In this document: piece after piece, positions 13,534 to 15,872 of the stretch | Numbering within the stretch: position 1 is the stretch's first letter | Layout of the letters: each line of letters opens with the position of its first letter | NCBI GenBank assembly: GCA_000433915.1 | Contig: HF993645.1 | Coordinates: 16,129 to 32,000, forward strand | DNA length: 15,872 bases | Origin: Clostridium sp. CAG:793 | GTDB lineage: Bacteria > Bacillota > Clostridia > TANB77 > CAG-508 | Direction of reading: 5' to 3' | Made by a program: the position numbers and the translations under genes | Notes under the pieces: generated by a model | What the model was told of the DNA's origin: nothing | Databases searched by the model: none | What the model saw: only the letters and a program-made list of their open reading frames with translations

Positions 13534-15381
13534 TTAATTATTTATCTTTTTAGTTTGAGGCAATATAATATTAAAAGTAGTACCAACATTAGGAGTAGAA
13601 GTAAAATTCATATCGCCGTTAAAATGTCCTTTAATAGTTGAATATGACATAAATAAACCAAGACCAGTACCATTGTGTCCCTTAGTAGTAATCATCTCAT
13701 TGAAAAGCTTCTTCTGGACATCTTCTGGAATACCGCAACCGTGATCTATAACAGATATTATTACATTTGAACCCTTGTTGTCAATAACTAAATCAATAGT
13801 TCCACCATTAGAACTTTCATAAGACTGAATAGCATTAGATATTAGGTTATTAACAACCTGAACCAAACTATTAATATTACCAATAAGAGAGGTAGAACCA
13901 TTTATCTTCTTAATAATATTCAAAGAAACAAAAGCATTTTTAAGCTCATGCTTCATAAGAATAGTAACTCTATCCAAAAGCTCATCAATAGTAAAAACAG
14001 TAGGAGTATCATCATTCATATTAACAGCTTGTCCCTTAACAGCAGTAATAATATCAGACATATATGAGTCATAAGAATTAACCTTAGAAATCCATTCAGA
14101 CATATCATGAGCAATCGCATGATGGTCAGCTTTAGTAACATCAGGATCATCAATAGACTTATCATATTCTGTAATCAAATCTTGTAATCCCTCCATAGCG
14201 CCAGCAATAGACATTATAGGAGTCTTAAGGTTATGAGCAATACCCCCAACCATTTGACCAAGAGTAGCAAGACGCTCACGCTCCATAAGAGTATTCTGAT
14301 TTTGCTTCAAAGTCTCCATATCATGAACGTGCTGAGTAATATCTTTGAAAAGAATAAGAATACCAACACATTGATTATCAGTAAAAATACCACTGCATTC
14401 AATATTAAAGAACTTACTACCATCTTTAAGAGAAGCATCAATTTTATAAGTCTTATCATCAGAAGAAGCTTTCTCTAAATAATTACCAAGATTCTTCTGT
14501 TTAATAACAATCTGCTTAGATATAGACAAATCAGAAAACTTTTTACCAATAATAGAATCTCTAGAAACGCCGAAAACTCTTTCAAAAGGTTTATTACAAT
14601 CAGAGATAATGTAATCCCTAGAAAGAACAAGGTACAAATCAGACATCTGATTAACAATTCTCTTCAAAGCAATAGGAGCAATATCTAAGAAATTATATTT
14701 CAATATTGCAACAGCAATTAGAATAATTGATACCATGAATGAGATAGGTGTAACATAAATATTCATATTAAATATAGTCATACCAAGTAAATTAATAGCA
14801 ACTGGGACTAAAGCACCAAGTGAAATTAGTATAGAAGGCATAGCAAAAGCACCAGCAGTTTTAATCGAATTTTTAAGAAGTATGAAAATATCAACAATAA
14901 ACAAACCATAAGTATAAGCAGAGTGAACATAGAAATATGCACCAAATACCGTGTTAGTAGGTTCAGTTGAATATACTTCATAAAATAAACCATGCAAATC
15001 ATTAGTCCAAAGAACAATCATTGTTATAATAGGTATAACAAATAATAAAATATATGACTTCTTAAAAACAAACTTATCATAAGAAGCATACGTTATAGCT
15101 ACAAAAAACAATGCAACCGGAGTAAGAACAACTGGCAAATAAATAAAATAATCAATATACATAGGATTTATAGTAGTATAATTAATAACAAAAATTTGCA
15201 CAATTAATCCAATACACCATAAAGTCATACATAATATAGTAAACTTAAAGGACGTAATAACTGGAGTAACACGTTTAGATCTTTTCGTAATAAAAAAGAT
15301 CATAATAAACTCAACTACAACAGTAATTACCAGACCAATAAGATAATTCAAATACTTAAAATTAGCTAATGAAACCATCAT
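13534..15381 (-). CDS. Sensor histidine kinase with an N-terminal 7-TM domain (HisKA_7TM-like), a PAS domain, HisKA and HATPase_c.
   Basis: About 7 TM helices span the first ~230 aa, including the family-like WTNDLHGLFY motif. The PAS-like segment reads LVLSRDYIISDCNKPFERVFGVSRDSIIGKKF. The H-box reads LATLGQMVGGIAHNLKTPI, the N-box NLISNAIQS, G1 DHGCGI and G2 GTGLGL. AGGAGGAAATG provides the RBS. The gene ends 26 nt upstream of the response-regulator gene. Confidence 0.95.
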   Translation of the reverse strand: MMVSLANFKYLNYLIGLVITVVVEFIMIFFITKRSKRVTPVITSFKFTILCMTLWCIGLIVQIFVINYTTINPMYIDYFIYLPVVLTPVALFFVAITYASYDKFVFKKSYILLFVIPIITMIVLWTNDLHGLFYEVYSTEPTNTVFGAYFYVHSAYTYGLFIVDIFILLKNSIKTAGAFAMPSILISLGALVPVAINLLGMTIFNMNIYVTPISFMVSIILIAVAILKYNFLDIAPIALKRIVNQMSDLYLVLSRDYIISDCNKPFERVFGVSRDSIIGKKFSDLSISKQIVIKQKNLGNYLEKASSDDKTYKIDASLKDGSKFFNIECSGIFTDNQCVGILILFKDITQHVHDMETLKQNQNTLMERERLATLGQMVGGIAHNLKTPIMSIAGAMEGLQDLITEYDKSIDDPDVTKADHHAIAHDMSEWISKVNSYDSYMSDIITAVKGQAVNMNDDTPTVFTIDELLDRVTILMKHELKNAFVSLNIIKKINGSTSLIGNINSLVQVVNNLISNAIQSYESSNGGTIDLVIDNKGSNVIISVIDHGCGIPEDVQKKLFNEMITTKGHNGTGLGLFMSYSTIKGHFNGDMNFTSTPNVGTTFNIILPQTKKINN

Positions 15382-15405
15382 TTCCTCCTTTGTTTATAAA
15401 AATAA

Positions 15406-15463
15406 ATCTGTTATTTCATTTTCTATACAATAATATATCATACAGAAAAACAAAATAACAGAT
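15406..15463 (-). repeat. 11-bp inverted repeat with a 36-nt loop between the reductase-like gene and the kinase gene. It may be a terminator or a regulatory element.
   Basis: atctgttattt (15406-15416) is the exact reverse complement of aaataacagat (15453-15463). On the minus strand the distal arm is followed by ttatttttat. The large loop makes a classical terminator uncertain. Confidence 0.4.
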
Positions 15464-15468
15464 AAAAA

Positions 15469-15872
15469 CTACATTTCATTGATATTTTTTAAAATTTTCT
15501 CAATATAATCCTTATCAATATCAGGCCAATCAAAACCAATCTTATTAAGAAACTTAAGAGTAAAATCATTAGTAATATGTAAATTAGTTTTATATACTAA
15601 CTTATTATCCTTATCAAGGTCATTAAGAAGAACCTTAATCTTATCAGCCTTATTATTGTCATATAACCATTTCTTAAGAACAGTTTTAAAAGTATTATCA
15701 TCAACAATAGTAACATTAAGTCCTAATTGCTCCAAAATATTAAACAAATCACTAATATATAAATGTTTAGAATTATATATATGTAAAATCGAAGTAGGAT
15801 AAGTATAATATTGCATAGCAGTAACAATAGCTTCAGCAACTTTGTCAACAGGGCTAAATTCAGCATAATTAT
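15469..15872 (-). CDS. C-terminal fragment of a thioester-reductase-like (SDR, NAD_binding_4 / NRPS-PKS terminal reductase) protein. The ORF stays open to the right window edge.
   Basis: The reading frame continues upstream of the listed Met without a stop: ...NYAEFSPVDKVAEAIVTAMQYYTYPTSILHIYNSKHLYISDLFNILEQLGLNVTIVDDNTFKTVLKKWL...TNDFTLKFLNKIGFDWPDIDKDYIEKIL. From memory, this pattern (xPVDxVAxAIV, hxYN, a substrate-lid helix, and G-F-xWPxID near the C-terminus) resembles terminal reductase domains. Confidence 0.65.
   Translation of the reverse strand, partial: NYAEFSPVDKVAEAIVTAMQYYTYPTSILHIYNSKHLYISDLFNILEQLGLNVTIVDDNTFKTVLKKWLYDNNKADKIKVLLNDLDKDNKLVYKTNLHITNDFTLKFLNKIGFDWPDIDKDYIEKILKNINEM

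Noticed and set aside
12682-15017. Short ORFs overlapping the response-regulator and kinase genes: 12682-12897 (-), 12686-12889 (+), 13340-13528 (+), 14233-14478 (+), 14475-14657 (-) and 14826-15017 (-).
   Set aside because: All are nested in, or antisense to, genes with complete REC/HD-GYP and HisKA/HATPase motif sets. Their composition is low-complexity and there is no RBS evidence.
1-15872. An alternative genetic code (for example TGA=Trp as in Mollicutes), considered because of the extreme AT-richness.
   Set aside because: All genes are intact under the standard bacterial code. Trp is encoded by TGG wherever I checked, the stops are TAA (one TAG), and no in-frame TGA needs to be read through.
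1-15872. CRISPR arrays, tandem repeats, IS elements or defence-system gene sets.
   Set aside because: I saw no regularly spaced direct repeats, no terminal inverted repeats flanking a transposase-like ORF, and no nuclease, helicase or methylase-type genes. All sizeable ORFs have ordinary housekeeping or accessory assignments.

Overview
This is an A+T-rich chromosomal segment that looks like a low-GC Firmicute, probably class Clostridia. That guess rests on a YtaF-like spore membrane protein, a VanW/G5 protein, a YkpA/YbiT-type ABC-F protein, and tRNAs with encoded CCA ends. Gene order, left to right: a minus-strand tRNA cluster (partial tRNA-Glu-UUC and tRNA-Lys-UUU) with its promoter; a small signal-less CBM25/53-like protein (-); an XRE-HTH/S24 LexA-like repressor (-); a VanW + G5 protein (+); a YtaF/MntP-family membrane protein (-); a P-type Ca2+-ATPase (+); a stand-alone tRNA-Lys-CUU with its own promoter and terminator (+); a NitT/TauT-type ABC importer made of ATPase, permease and NMT1/THI5-like binding protein (+); a two-gene operon of a DUF2974/Mbeg1-like serine hydrolase and an ABC-F ATPase (+); a two-component pair of 7TM-PAS histidine kinase and REC-HD-GYP response regulator (-); and the 3' end of a thioester-reductase-like (NRPS/PKS terminal reductase) gene running off the right edge (-). 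I found no rRNA, CRISPR array, transposase, integrase or prophage structural genes. I also found no convincing self-contained novel system, and most of the window is ordinary chromosomal content. The most striking directly visible signal is compositional. The + strand is A-rich (and mildly C-rich) at synonymous sites regardless of gene orientation, so + genes use NNA codons and - genes use NNT codons. This same bias explains the many Leu/Phe-rich shadow ORFs on the - strand. Lower-level observations: the ABC-F protein has one degenerate ATP site; the S24 repressor has Asp in place of the catalytic Ser; the ABC-importer leader carries a terminator-like hairpin that buries a perfect Shine-Dalgarno sequence; and the two-component system has an HD-GYP output and sits next to a probable secondary-metabolite locus.
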